Of a stretch of 64,000 bases of DNA, positions 12,548 through 27,700 are shown in pieces. The notes under the pieces were generated by a model. It did no database searches. It had not been told where the DNA came from and worked only from the letters and a program-made list of their open reading frames with translations. A program made the position numbers and the translations under genes. Positions within the stretch are counted from its first letter, which is position 1; each line of letters starts with the position of its first letter. Source of the stretch: the human T2T-CHM13v2.0 reference genome, Homo sapiens; the NCBI RefSeq assembly GCF_009914755.1, contig NC_060934.1; one strand, given 5' to 3'.

Positions 12548-13400
12548 ATCTGTAGCTTAGCACAGTGTCTGCCATATAGTAGGCACTCAGTCACGAAGAA
12601 AATTATCGTTGAATATATTAAAATAGGTAACTTTCCCAGATATTCTTATCAAATGTAGTTACAATTGATTCTTTTTGTCTACACTCAATTTGTATGAAGT
12701 TAAAAAGTAAACCTCTCACAAGCGATAGTTAAAACAGAAAATGGTATTACTTTTAATTGTGAAATAATGCTATTTATAAAAATGAAACACAAAGGTAGAC
12801 ACACATGTACGTATGTAAATACACTCACATATGAAACCGTGATTCCTCATATTCTCTAATTATGTATCACTGACAAACAAAAGAATATTCTTGAAGCTCA
12901 GCAAAAAAATAATTATGGTGGACATCCCATCTAAATATCCATGTCCTGGATGGAAATAATCAAGAGAAAGATGATTATTAAATGTTCTATTCATTGGATA
13001 ATTAACTAAAGTTGTAAGTTAAATTTACCCTTGAACTTTGCCTTTGGCTTTTATGCAGTGATATTAAATTGTTCTGAATACAATTTTGGTTGCCACTATT
13101 GATTAACTTCAGGTGAATGTATCTGGAAAAATGATCCACATGGGTGCTTTAATCTCTAAGTCATGGATGAAGAACCAGCAAAATTATTAACAATCCTAGC
13201 ATTTATATTTTAAAATATACTATTTTTGATAGTGGTATTTGTGAGTCAATAGTATTTAAAATCTGTCAAATCGAAATCAAATATTTTAGGAAACTGTGAG
13301 TATATTAGCTACAAAAATATGTACATCAAAACACAGTATTATCAAGGTAAGAAATCAGGATTTGGATAAATAAGCTTTTAATTATATGAAACAAAGTACA

Positions 13401-13823
<423 letters not shown>

Positions 13824-16800
13824 TTAATTTAGAAGGGATCCAAGAAAAGGCATAAGAACTTTAACAAAATCTCTTAGTGTCATTCTTTTGGGAATACAGC
13901 TACTACAATATAAGGCATGATACTTTGCACAGAAGTGCTTAGTAAATATTTACTGAATATACAGTCTTTCCTTAAATTAGCATGGTTTTTGCCTTAAGAA
14001 TATAAACTGGTTAATGATTCTTTAATAATCATAAGCATCTGGATTGTGTTTCTGCTAATTTTTTTCACTTCCTCAAAAGCCAGTGAATTTTAGAAATGGT
14101 ACTATGTTTCAAAACTAGTTAATTAAAATAATCTCAGATACCATAGTATTTTAGGAGTTAGTTTATTAGGGCAGGAAGGATATTGTATTGTATAGACATG
14201 ACCAGTCCTTCTTTTTTAAAGTTACCCCACCCTGAGCCTAAATATTCTAGTTTTTCATTTTCTTTACCTGCAAAAGAGGCATGATGGTATTTATTTTAAA
14301 TATCATTATAAAGGCAAAATTTCGTAAATTTTTTCACTAATTTTACATTCTATAATTACTCTGCTTTTCTAATAAGCAGGGTTGCAGGGTTTTTTTTTTT
14401 TCAAATAATAGATTGTAGGACAAATTTCATCCTGATAGCTCAAGAAAGTATGCTGAGTGGGATGAATTAAACACATAAACACATTAAGGGTAACAGAAGT
14501 TAGGTTTCTTACTGTCAGTAGAGGGAGCTGCAAACATGGAACAGAGGGAAATTCAATTTTGTGAGGTTGGACAGGAATTGGAATATTGATGTGATCTCAC
14601 CTGTTTTACTGGTTATGGATATGTAAAGAAATAAATATAGATTTAAACATATATAATACACATGTTTGCAAAACATGGAGAAAAGATGTAGTAATACCTT
14701 AGCTATTAATATGTTAGAAGGATAATAAATATCTTTTTCACACTCACATTTTGAACCATCTTTGAAGGACAAGGGTGTTTGGCAAATGGACATCAATATG
14801 TTATCTTTGTTACCAATAAAGCTGTAGAAGAATGTGGCTTATCTGCATGACAAAATCGGGCTTCCAGCTCTGGTGGCACAGCAGGCGATGACTACCCCAT
14901 TCAGCCATAAACCAAGCTAGAAGCCCTAAGACTTGCTCCCTCCTCACTGCTGAGTAGCAGGGTGGCGCCAACTGTGCTTTCTGAGAGTGGGCAGATTCCA
15001 AAGAGAAAAGGAAAAAGGGGACACGTTAACAACTCACTCATCATATCAATCATTTCTTCCCAGGAGAAGCCTTAGGAAGCCCAACTGTTCACCTGACAGA
15101 TGACCTACCATGGTATAAACACAGGAAGAGGAAAGGAGGTGACTAGATATAAAATATAATAGCTTCACTGGAAATGGTAAGGTGGTTCTCCTTGCTGGTG
15201 CTGGGGAGACATTGAAGGTGGCTAGGATGGTATTGACTCACTATACAAGCAGCAGTGAGATAAATGCAATCAATGACATGGGTTTCTGTTGCAGCTAAGC
15301 AATGTGTTTGGAATCTTGAATCCCTGACATATGAATTAGAGACACTTAAGAGATTTTTAATGTAACAAAGAAAATTCAACATAAACAGAGAAGAAATATA
15401 GATGAGGCTTAAAGTGAAGGACAAACCAATGTATTTAGCATTTTCATCTTTTAATTTCTTAAGAGTAAACATATCGTATTGACTAAACTATGTTATAACA
15501 ATCTTGCTTATTTAAAATTCATGCAAATAAAGTAGTCATTCTATAATGTTAAGGGGAGCATGGATAGATTGATATTTTGAGGACCATCTGGCCCATCATC
15601 TCCTAAAAATTCCTAAAGTGGCACCATGTCCCTAGCATCAGTTACATGAATTTTAAGCCAACTGCCTAGTAATGATGAGAACATTCCAACGAAGCTTGCC
15701 TTTTGAATATAATGTGTTAATTGAAGTAAAAATACAGTCACTGTGAATATACGGATTAATCTACAATAACTAAATAAGGGATTTAGATAACAAATGAAAA
15801 AAACTAAATGAAAAACTTCCTATCAGCTTAATATTTCCTTTAATGTTCCTAACAAGACAAAAATTTTGTTTGAAAATAAAAAAGAGGCCTTCTTGGGTCA
15901 TTTTTTCCCCTAATATTCTTTCTCGTGCTTTGGCAGAGTTGACAGTATGTAACCAAGAGCATATTCTTGATTGAAAAGGTCTCTGGCTTCCTTTTGAGTT
16001 CAACTAAAAGAATTTGCATGTGAATCGTTCAGAGGCACTAATGCAATCCTGCAGAAGATTTTTTATAACTATATCTTTCCTTGACTTCTATGGAATAAAG
16101 AAAGTTATAAAAATCTTATTCCAAGGAAATCAATGAATTATTTTTCAAGCAACCCTTCACCACTGAAAAGATCTCCTTTTTAGTGCAAACTTAATAATCG
16201 TCCTTTCTGACTCTCTTTCTTGCTTTCCCTATGAGTCCATGCATTTCAATTGTTAGGCATAGCTGAGTTTAGGAGAGAAAGAAAGAAACTTCTAGCAATA
16301 AATCTTGGTTCCCTCAAATGCTTCCAATCTTCTTTGTTAAAATCTGCAATATGCCTTATCAAAAAAGGGAGTTTTGGATTTTCCCCTTACATTTATATAA
16401 ATAGTTTAAACATAATTCTTTTCTTAGAATAAACACTTCTTCCTATTCTGGGCCATGGGTGCATCTATATGTTCAATGTGTGCCAATTAATCTCAAATCA
16501 GTGTGTATATTTTATTTTCTATAACATAGACTATATTAATACTCTCTCTTAAAAATATTGTTCTTGGGTATCTAAATCTAAGTAAAACTGCTTGTTTTAA
16601 AATGCTTATTGTTCCATTGGCTATACTGTAAAACTGAGTAGGTTAGATAACTACTGTGCCTTAATTTATTAAACAGTAGACTATTTTGTGTCCTATCTCT
16701 CCTAAGCTATACAGACATTCTCACCAGGGCTTCCCTGCTCTCAAATCTTTGCATATTACATTCTTCATTTAAATGCAGTACCTGTCTTTTTATCAAAAAT

Positions 16801-17589
16801 TGTGTGCTGGCTATTTGTACTTTTGTATCCCTTTCACAATAAAAAGAAATAAACTGGAAACTGATGCACAGCCTTCTCTTGCTCTGGACCCCACTCAAAC
16901 CTGCCAGCCTTAACAAATGAATGGGTCAGAACCACATTCTGTTTGTGGTATATCTTACCTCCAAAATATATAGAGACTCACAAAGTGCTGTGTAATTTTC
17001 TTAGTGGCAGATGTGAATTGCTATTACTTGCCCTTTACCTTAGAGGTGACACCCTGGCATACACCAAACCATTGGCCTCTTATGAACCTCATTAATTGAC
17101 AGGCCTCCTCCTGGTATGCACCTGCTACACCAAGGCTTCTCGGGTCCTCACCACTCTCTATTCACCAAGTCCAGTTGCATGATGTTGTGGGCAGAGCAGA
17201 CCAGTGTAATATTCTCAGGAAAGTCAAGCTGCCTCAGGTTCCTGGTATCTCAGTATTACAGAAAGGCCAAGAGTTAAAATGGTTTTCAGGAAAGAGAGTT
17301 AATGCATGTTGCTCAGTAAAGTACAATGTTTGATCTTTTCTGCACGTGAAAGTAACTTTCATCAGATCAATAGTGCATGAAGTGATATAGGCTCATTGAT
17401 CAGCAATAGTAACCAGGTGCAATAAGGGAAACCATCTGGATTATTTCACAGTAGCTCACCATCATTTACCATGTTCCAATTGCTTCTTTTTAAGGTCTGC
17501 ATGGGGGTATGTTAAATGAGGATATGGTGAGGCTCACCACCCCAGCATCTATCCATACTTCTGTGGTAGTGCTGACCTCTGTTCACATC

Positions 17590-17947
17590 TACATTAGTCC
17601 ATTCTCATGCTGCTATAAAGAACCGCCTGAAACTGGGTAATTTGTAAAGGAAAGATATTTAATTGGCTCACAGTTCTGCATGGCTGGGGAGGTCTTGGGG
17701 AACTTAAAATCATGGTGGAAGGGGAAGCAAACACGTCCTTTTCCACACGGTGGCAGGAGAGAGAAGTGCCAAGCCAAGGGGAAAAGCCCCTTATTAAACC
17801 ATCAGGTCTCATGAGAACTCACTATCACTATCACTAAATGCCCCTATGATTCAATTACCTCCCACTGGGTCCCTCCACAACACATAATGATTATGGGAAC
17901 TACAATTCAAGATGAGATTTGGGTGGAGAAACAGCCAAACCACATAA
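17590..17947 (-). mobile_element. THE1D-like MaLR solo LTR
   Basis: attagtccattctcatgctgctataaagaac..gatgagatttgggtgg..acagccaaacca; 5-bp TSD acatc. Confidence 0.93.
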
Positions 17948-18105
17948 ACATCCTTAGGTTTTCTGAGGTATAATGTTGCTTCTAATTTACAACTTTGACT
18001 AGACTAGGAGAGATTTTTCTTCATGGACTTCCACTTGGCCCTATTAAAATAATGGCTCTTGCTCTTGTAGGTCAGAGAACCACAACATTTGGATCAGAAG
18101 GAAGC

Positions 18106-18141
18106 AGCCACAGGTGGGTCTATAGCCACAGGTGGGTCTGT
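18106..18141. repeat. 18-bp tandem duplication
   Basis: agccacaggtgggtctat / agccacaggtgggtctgt. Confidence 0.93.
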
Positions 18142-19111
18142 AGGACCATTTTGAGACAGACTTTGGTTTAAACTCTCCTTATTACCTCCCTAAACCTACC
18201 CCCACTCTTGCAAAAAAAAACTTAAAGATATGTTTGTTCCCTTGCTTTCAATCCAGCTCAGTTCCCATATTTAATATTCCTCAGAAGTCTGACAATTCTC
18301 ATTTTCCCTTGGTTATTCTATAAATAACACAGACCCTATTAGTGAAAGATCAGAGGGATATTTAAAGACAGTATTTGCAGGGACCTTCAAGGTAGCAACT
18401 GGCCTACTTTTTAATTAAAGGGCTTCAGATCTGTGAGTGGAATTAGATGTGGATCCTGATAGAAAGATGGCAATATTCTATTGTGGCAGCTGATATAAGC
18501 CATCTACTCACCAGATCTTGATTTTTTAAAATATACAAATTAAGTATCATTCTAGCTTATTGTCCATTTGTCTCATGCCTAAAAATGCAGTGATGTATTA
18601 GCTATCACTACAGATCTTCTGCAGGTAAAGATGCCTTGGCTGCCAATCACATCTTCAAGCTACCCTGGTATTTACAGCTGCTTTGCCTCTGATAGTCCAC
18701 TGTTGCCATTCGGTACCTTGTCATGCTAGTATCCTGTCATCCTCATTGAGATCATAGAGCCCAGTTTCATGTAGCATTTTCCACCAAGAACTCTAGTCAC
18801 AGAGATTCGTCAGCTCTCAAAGATGGTTAAAGGAATGTCCCCTGGGTCTTCTGAGGAAACACAGCTGCATAGTGTGTTCAAAGGGCTTAGTCGATCAACC
18901 GTCCTAATTAATCCACTTCTCTGAACCCCTAGAACCCTTCCTTAAGGCTATGCAGAAGAAGTTGTGGCATCGTCACCTTATTTACTTCAGTCCATCACTA
19001 TGTTCAACATTCAAAAAACCATCATTGCGTCGCCAGCTTTGAACTGTCTCAGCTATCTTGTCAGAACCCTTCATCTCAATTCATGGCTGAACACATCATC
19101 ATCAGTGAGTT

Positions 19112-19677
19112 CCCATATGATTCTTCCAGGTGTCCTAACAAAATAGAATCAGAGGTCACTTATGCCAAGACTTTATGAGTTGTGCCATTCCAGAGAAGCA
19201 GGAGTGTGAGGAGGAGAATGGATGGGAATATGTTACCGAGCTAGCCACCGCTTTGTAATAAGCCAACTGCTTGAAGTTGCAGGACATCTTCAGAAACGCC
19301 ATCTAAAACTACTCCTGTGAATCTCCTGTCTGGGGTGAAGGAAGGAAGGGGAGGTTTATCTCCAAAGTTTTACTTCTCATTGCTCAAATTTTGCACTGTA
19401 AGATTTTAACTTCCCTGTATGTGTGGGTTACACAGGCATGGTCACCTGGTGGGTGTCAAAGTAAGAGGAGAGTGACACATGGCATGGGTGAGGCAAACGC
19501 TGTTGAGTCTGCCTGTGAATGACAATATGGGTCCTTGGCAGCCTTGGTCTACTGCAGGTATAGTCATTGACCTGCTCCCATGACCATGAGAACCACATAA
19601 ACTTTTGAAGATAACATTAACCAGAGTCATAGCAAGTGTGTAGATCTGGGGTGACACATAAAATGAATCCCATAAGA
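19112..19677 (-). mobile_element. LTR33-like ERVL LTR
   Basis: ccagagaagcaggagtgtgagg..gttaccgagctagccacc..gtttatc..ttaacttccctg..agatctggggtgacacataa follows the LTR33 motif order. Confidence 0.6.
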
Positions 19678-19724
19678 TATCTACAGCTACCTTGTTTTTG
19701 TTTTTGATATTAATGACCTCTGTG

Positions 19725-19875
19725 TTTTAGCTATGTATTTGTCTTATTTGTCTTCCCCAACACTCTAGAAAGAAGTCATGAACTTCAGCAATTTTACCTC
19801 CTCTGGTACCCCCAACATCTAGAACAGGCGTGCTACTCAGTAGGAATTGAATAAAACTGCACCAAGCAAAGGAAT
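19725..19875 (+). mobile_element. L2 3' fragment
   Basis: tgtcttccccaacactctag..ccccaacatctagaacagg..cagtagg..aataaa. Confidence 0.6.
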
Positions 19876-20720
19876 AGTAATTTTTAAATTGCTGAAGAAA
19901 AGATTTTTTCAACATAGATTGGGGAACTACCTAAACTATTATTCAAGAAAAGGGTCATGGCAAAAACATTTTAAACAAAAAATAAAATTGAGTTTCTGAT
20001 CAACAGGACTTCATGAAAGGAACTTCAAAAGAATATTTGGCAAGGCAGAAAATAATCCCAGAACAAGAGTCTGATATGTTAGTTGGAATGATTAAAAAAA
20101 AAAAGATAATAGTAAATAGTTAAGTAAACTATAATAAATATTGATTATGCATTAATAATGTTTTCTAATTTGAAGTGAATAAATATGGACGAATTAACAC
20201 AAAGTAGAACCTAAATTTTTTTAAATAATATATAACTTAGAAGGAAGCAACTGGCTTTACAAAGGTTTAATCTCCTGAAGTTTTCTGAAAAATTATAGAG
20301 ATAATGAGTAATATTACATTTAATACAAATGTACATGCTACAACTTAAGGGAAATTCAAATATAAAAGATGTAGCATGTATAACTTCAAAACAGTGGAGA
20401 GAATAAATGGACTAAAAAAATCCAATCCATGAGAAAGTAAAGAGAAGAAAAAATAGGAAGCTTGAGAAAACAGGAAAAATAGAAAAAAAGAAGATGGTAG
20501 GATAAATATATAAGTAATTTTAACACCTGGAAACAGCATAAACTAGCTAATTATAGTAATCAATATTTAAGTTGGATTTAAAAATTAAAATACGATAGAA
20601 TATTATTTAGCAACAAAAAGGAATGAAATAATGACACCTGTTATGACAAAGATGAACCACAAAAAACGTGTTAAATGAGAGAAGTTGGCTACAAAACCCC
20701 GTAGAATATTGTATGATTTC

Positions 20721-21016
<296 letters not shown>

Positions 21017-21659
21017 TGTATGATTTCATTTATATGAAGTGTCCGGAATAGGGAAATCTATAAAGAAAGACAGTGGATTTGCTGTTACCAGGAGCTTGAG
21101 AAGGGTGGTGGCAATGAGGAATGGCCGCTGACAACTAGGCCTCTTTGTGGGATGAAAAAAATGTTCTAAAATTTTATTATCGAGTTGGTTGCAAAACTCC
21201 TAATATATATAAAAAATCATTAAACTGTACACTTTAAATAAGCAAACTCTATGTTGTGTAAATTACATATCAATAAAAGATATTAAAATTTCAACTAAAT
21301 GCTATTTTTAAGACCCTGCCAAGCCAAAGAAACACACTAAGTAAAAGAATGCATTCTTCAAAATAGACTTTGTATCAAAAAGAATTATTAGGGCTACAAA
21401 GTGTCACTAAATTTGAAATAAAGATCAGTTCTCCAGGACCAAATAACTATTCTAAATATATGCACCTCTTAAGAGACCCTCCAAATCACTATACTTAAAA
21501 GTGACAGAAATTCAAGGAAGAATTGACAAAATCACCAACAAGTGGGAAATTTTAACAAAACATCTTATTAATAGAAAGATATAATGACAATAATTGGTTA
21601 TCATATATGAGATTTTAAACAACAAAGTTATGAAGCTGAAACAAAGAGCAGAAGCAATG

Positions 21660-21795
21660 AATATATATATACACACATACATGCACATATACTATATATA
21701 TCATATATAGACACACATATATAATATATGTGCACATACATGTGTATATTCATCATATATATAATACACATAGGATGTGTGTGTGTGTGTGTGAG
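21660..21795. repeat. (TA/CA/TG)n low-complexity repeat
   Basis: Alternating purine-pyrimidine run ending in (TG)n. Confidence 0.9.
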
Positions 21796-22490
21796 ATACA
21801 TACCACAAGTGATGATAGGGAAAAATTAGGAGTCCTCTAAGGTACTGTACTATACATGAAGCAGTATAGTGGTATTTGAGTGGATTCAGATAAGCTGAAA
21901 ACTAGTTATCTATATCTGTAATAATTTATAACTATATCTATAGTTAATCTATCTACTGATTAAAATACACACATACATTAACTTACTCAGTGAGCTTAGG
22001 GGGCCTAAAGGCAATGACACCCTGTAGCAATATGCATATCAGTCAGCAAGATCTTGGTTTCTAATAATAATAAAAGTGGATTTTGGTTATATTGCTACAA
22101 CACTATATGGTTACTAAAAATCACTGATTGTACATTTATAATGATCAAAGTTTATGGCATGTACATTTTACTCAATAAAGCTTTTTTTTTAAATGAGGTA
22201 TTCTGTTTAATAGTGCACTAAATATTTATGGCCTGGCTAAGATTGGATTTTTAATTAAGAAGGGTGAACATCAGCATAAAACAGTAACAAATTACATCAA
22301 AAGCTTAGTCTAAGGGAGTTAGTAAATATACAGTTTAAGATCAACTTTAATGGAGAATTTGGAACCCAGAAGAAATGCAGAAATTCAGGGTAATAAATGG
22401 AGGAAAACATCACAGCTGACAAAATTCGTGAGCACGTTATGTGTTTAAACATAAATAATCTGTGTATAAGTAGATTTAATACGTGTAAAA

Positions 22491-22551
22491 AAACATACTA
22501 AGTAAAATAATGCATTCTTCAAAATAGGCTTTGAATCAAAAAGAATTGTTA
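22491..22551 (+). repeat. 61-bp direct copy of 21330-21390
   Basis: 56/61 identical by hand, ungapped. Confidence 0.92.
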
Positions 22552-23459
22552 TGTAAATAACATAAACCAGCTAACTACAAGTAACAATGATGTTGCTAGG
22601 TGATGTCTTGCATGTGGGGACAGATGAAAGTGGGGGTCTGGAGTCAGAAACACCACTCAACTTGATGGAAGGATGACCCTCAGGGGACACGATTGTGCGC
22701 ACCATCAATGCTCAGAGTAGACCTGCGCCCATGAGAGTACATCAAAAACACTTTCCCGACCAGAATGTGGGATGGATGGATAATAGCCCAGAACCAGATG
22801 GCAAGTCAGGGCTACAGTTCTGAAAGTAGAATATTGGAAACTTGGATACATTGTGGAATCCAAGGCAAAGACTAAGAACAGAAGCATTCTGGGGAGAGGC
22901 TATGTGTGTGTCACGGAGAGGAAGTGGAATATGTATTTCAGAATGTGTGACAATGCCCTTGTGTGAAAGTTAGTATAATAGATGAGTTATCTGAAATCTA
23001 CACTATGATGGTTCTATTGTCCTATTCTTTCTTCAATAAAAAGAGAGAGACTTTTCGCATTAAGAACAAAGCTTTATACAGAAGACATATTTTTCTTCCC
23101 ATAATCATTGACTTCTTGTTTTACATGACATATTCAGACAGTAGTCAGCTGAAACACTTTTTTTCTATTAGGAAGAATATAATCTCTTCTTGAATATAAT
23201 CAAGAGAACAAAAATAGTATTACTGGAGTGTTTGGGTATACCTTGTTCACTGCATTCCAACAGAGACATCTGTCAAGTCAGAGAGAAATCCTATTAAGAA
23301 ATAAGAAGACAGTTGGCTTGTTATAGGATAGCAGTTATATGTGCTTATTAAGCAGCATTCCCCAAAGGTAATAATCTGACAGTTCCTTAATATCACAAAA
23401 TTTCCCGTACATTTCCTCATTTCTCTATATTTCTCAGAAAATAGAGCAACTACAGGACC

Positions 23460-23650
23460 CTTCCTCCCTCCCTCCCTCACTCTCTCTTTCTTTTTCTTTT
23501 TCTTTCTTTCTTTTTCTCTTTCTTTCTTTCTCTCTTTCTTTCTCTCTTTCTCTCTCTCTCTTTCTCTCTCTGTCTTTTTCTTTCTTTCTTTCCTTCCTTC
23601 CTTGTTTCTTTCTTTCTTTCTTTCTCTCTCTCCCTCTCTCTCTTTCTTTC

Positions 23651-23718
<68 letters not shown>

Positions 23719-23748
23719 TTTCTTTCCTTCTTTCCTTCTTTCTTCTTT
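23460..23748 (+). repeat. CT-rich polypyrimidine microsatellite including (TTTC)16
   Basis: ~290 bp almost purely C/T; perfect TTTC run at 23653-23716. Confidence 0.98.
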
Positions 23749-26059
23749 GTGAGCAAGTATGCTTGTGATGATGATTCAGCTCAGGAACCCATGGAATAAA
23801 AGCAAAGAGTTACTTAGAAGATTTTGTAAATGAAGTCCCTTTGCACTTTGGAGAATATATGATTTCGGTCACTTAGAAAGCAAGCTATTAATAAAATACA
23901 AAGAAAAATAACACTGGCCTCTACAAGTAGAGCGTGACTGAGCATTCTATTTTTCTGCTGTGAACCACACAGATCTAGGAGCACAGACTTGGAAATAGTG
24001 AATCTTCACAAAGAGAGGCCCCCAGTAGAAGCGACTCTTTTATTTTATTATGTTGGCCTGGGTTCTGAGTGCATGGTTTGAAAGAATACACATGGAGTAG
24101 TTCTTCCCCTGGTACAGTGAAGAAAAGTAGCTAATATTCAATGAAAACAGTTTTCAGAGAATCTTAGAGACATGAATATTTAGGTTTACAGTGTTGTCAC
24201 AGTTGTTCCAATATAATAAAATAAATATAAACGTCAGTGTTAAAGTGGCATTGATGGTGTTGGACCGCTGGTGGTATATTAAAGGCCTGTAATAGGGGTT
24301 TCCCACCAAGCAATCTCCCTCATGTAACTACAGCATGCTGCTGTCACATGTGAATAAATTAAGTAGTCTTTAAATGTTTTAAAGTTTGTTCTTTCTCAGT
24401 GTGTGTTTCTGACTATACAGTACTTGGGAAGTAGCCACCTAGAATAACAATTCATTTAATCTATTTTAATTTCTCTAATTTTCAATATGGGAACTTGGTC
24501 TGATTCCTTAGTAATTATGTAGAATTTGTTCAAATGATATTATCTTATCAAATTAAAGCAATGGGCCTCTGCTGTTTGCAATACAATGTAACATGTGTAA
24601 TGACTGCTCTAAGACATTGGATGGGCTGTAAGCACACACGTGCAGTGCAGATGGAAAAATATAATTACCTGCTGTTTATGAAGAAGATAGTGTTGTAAAT
24701 TAATTTTGAGCCCAAATAATCTAGCCCTGTTTTTATTATTTTCCATGGTGTCTTTTTATCTATCAACTAGGAAAACATCAATAAACCTTGAAAATAATTG
24801 GAGATGATTTTTGTCTTTCTTCTTTCTAATGAGCAAGAAATAACAAAATTATCAAACCTCAGATTTTACCTTCTTTTTCTTATTACCTTATTATTTTAAA
24901 ACCCTGACTGCTTGCATTGATTGCTAAATTACTGGATATGGATTCCTGTTTGTGATTGGTATTTCCTTGTTGTGAAAACTTCAGACTAAATCAATGAAAT
25001 AAATGACTTTACATGCCTGTTTAGTATTTCAGTAGAGATGGGGGAGGGATAAAACTCTTAAGAACTAACACATATTAAATATGGAGAATTGGAATATTGT
25101 TTATCTAAGGGAAGGAAAAGGTGAGTTCAAAAGCTAAGTCTCAAAGTTAATGAGAAATACATCATTTACAAGCTCCTTAATGAGACTTCCATAGATTTTG
25201 CTGTGGGCTTGTCTTGAACAATAACTCATCATGCGGCTCAGAGAACATTTTGCATGCCAGTATTTTAATAGAATTTATGTAAGACAAAAATTTTAAGTAA
25301 ACTGTGGAAAAAGATGTCAGAATAAATACACATTTTTAATAATGAAGTCTATAATGAAGTATTAATCAATAATTGAATTTTAAAGATTATGTTGTATTTA
25401 TTATCCAATGTTTTAAAGAACAGATGGAAGCAAAGGCAAATAGGGAAATACTTGGTTATGCATTCAACAGCCAGACCTCCAAGAACGTTGTTTATCAAGT
25501 CCTAGATTAGGCAGCTAGAGAAGAAGAGGCTGAGACTTCGCAAGGATTAGTCATGATGTGCACCTGGCTGAGGATAGACCATGGCTCCAGTCTATTAGGA
25601 GTTGTTACATGAAGTTCTCCACTCCCAAATCACTTTCTAGATAAACTTAAATCTCAACATATTCCTCAAGTTTAGCTTGGGTCTTCTCTGCATGGCTGGT
25701 AAATGTGAACTTAACCAATTAGCTTGAAATATCTTTGAACAGAATGTGGGCCCTTTTATCTCTAAATTCTAGTTCAGATGATCCTGGAAGTGGGTCATGA
25801 CATTGATCATCATCTTCATGAGTGTTCCATTCTCACTTGATCTGCCTCTGTCATGGGCTCAGGACAGCCATATCCCAATACAACGGGCTGGGCTGGTGTC
25901 TTTCTTATTGTCAGGTAATTCTATATCACTGAAAAAGGTCTATTCCTGTTTCTTAACATTCTGTTATTTTCTGTAAGATTCCCATTTCTTGGTCTTCTGT
26001 TAATTACTGTAACTGTTAAGACTTATTTCTCACTTAGACTTTAAACAGAGTTTTTGAAT

Positions 26060-26850
26060 AATTTTAAGCATATAAAATTATTATAAACACAATGAAAGCC
26101 CATATATCCTTCACTTAACTCATAAATCACTAACAATTTGCCACATTTTTATTCTCTCTAGCCCCCCCTACACATGCACACAAGTACATTATATATAACC
26201 ATAAATACATAGATGCACACATACAAATATAGATATATACTTTTTCTGAAATATATTTAGAAACTTGATGCAGGCATTAAGCTGCCTCCCTCAGAATACA
26301 GCTCTTCAGTGCTTAAGAATAATAGCATTCTTCTACTCTACTTAAGAAAATGAATAATAATTCAATACTGACTTAATAATACATTTGATACTCAATTTTT
26401 TCCAACTATCAAAATGTCTTTGATATATGTTTTTAATACAGATTCAATTAAGATTTATACATCACCTTTGGTTTTTAAGTTTCTTTAGTTTCTTTTAATC
26501 TAGAAAAATCCCCTGAGCTACACTCTGAACTTTCTTGATTCATCTGAGTGATTAAATTCAAACTAAATATAATTTTATTGCAAAAACATTAAATAGGTGA
26601 TATTATATACTTTTTGTAGCATCACATCAGGAAGCATATAATGATAGTTTGTCTCATCGTGGGTGATGCTAAATATGATGACTTGTTTAAGGCACCGTTC
26701 ACGGCATCATTTCTGCGTAAAAGTGTATTTTTCCCCTGGTATTTGTGTACTTAGTACCTGGTAATTATTCCAGAGAGGAAGTACTTTAAGGAATAATATT
26801 TGAGATAATGATATTAACATATTCTCCATTTTTTTAACGTAATTGTTTTA
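26060..26850 (-). mobile_element. L1MC4/5-like 3' region
   Basis: taacaatttgccacattt..tttttctgaa..catcacatcaggaagcatataatg..ggtgatgctaa..gacttgtttaagg. Confidence 0.7.
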
Positions 26851-27324
26851 AAATTCATTGGTGTTTGGATTTGGGATAAAAGGAAATAACCCCCAAATGT
26901 TTATTTGAGGTGGAAATAAATTCGTTTGTGTTGCGATATGGCTATCCTGAGCCCAAGACAGAAGCAGATCAGTGAGAATGGGAGCATTCATAAAAGCGTT
27001 GATCAATGTCATGACCCACTTTCAGGGTCACCTGAACTGGAATTTAGAGATAAAAGGGCACACATTCTGTTCAAAGACATATCAAACTAATTTGTTCAAT
27101 TAAGATTTATCAGCCATGCAGAGAAGACCCAAATAGAGTTAGATGATTGTCTAACTTCATTTTTTGATGCCATTTTTCAATGAAGAATAAAAACTCATTT
27201 TTACTCTTTCACTTGCTTTCTCTCTCTCACTTCTATTTGGTACCATCCTAGATTCAATTATTATTGTTATTATTATTCATACAAATGATGCTTTTGATTG
27301 CCAGCTCCAATAATTGAGGAGTCC

Positions 27325-27700
<376 letters not shown>

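Larger units (their letters stand above)
16950..19110 (-). mobile_element. Decayed ERVL-class internal sequence (interrupted by THE1D)
   Basis: Minus-strand gaagacccaggggacattcctttaacca (~18820-18850) resembles the ERVL gag-region motif GAGGGCCCAGAGGACACTCCCTTCACCA; abuts LTR33; boundaries approximate. Confidence 0.45.

Noticed and set aside
14950-14972. gtagcagggtggcgcc CTCF-like motif
   Set aside because: Lacks the 5' CC and has an extra base in the core
21225-22185. Similar tgtaca(c/t)tta...caataaa segments at ~21230 and ~22130
   Set aside because: Two independent L1M 3' termini with low mutual identity, not a local duplication
23247-23799. 169-aa K/E/R-rich ORF and 65-aa F/L/S-rich ORF
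   Set aside because: Translations of the two strands of the CT-rich microsatellite
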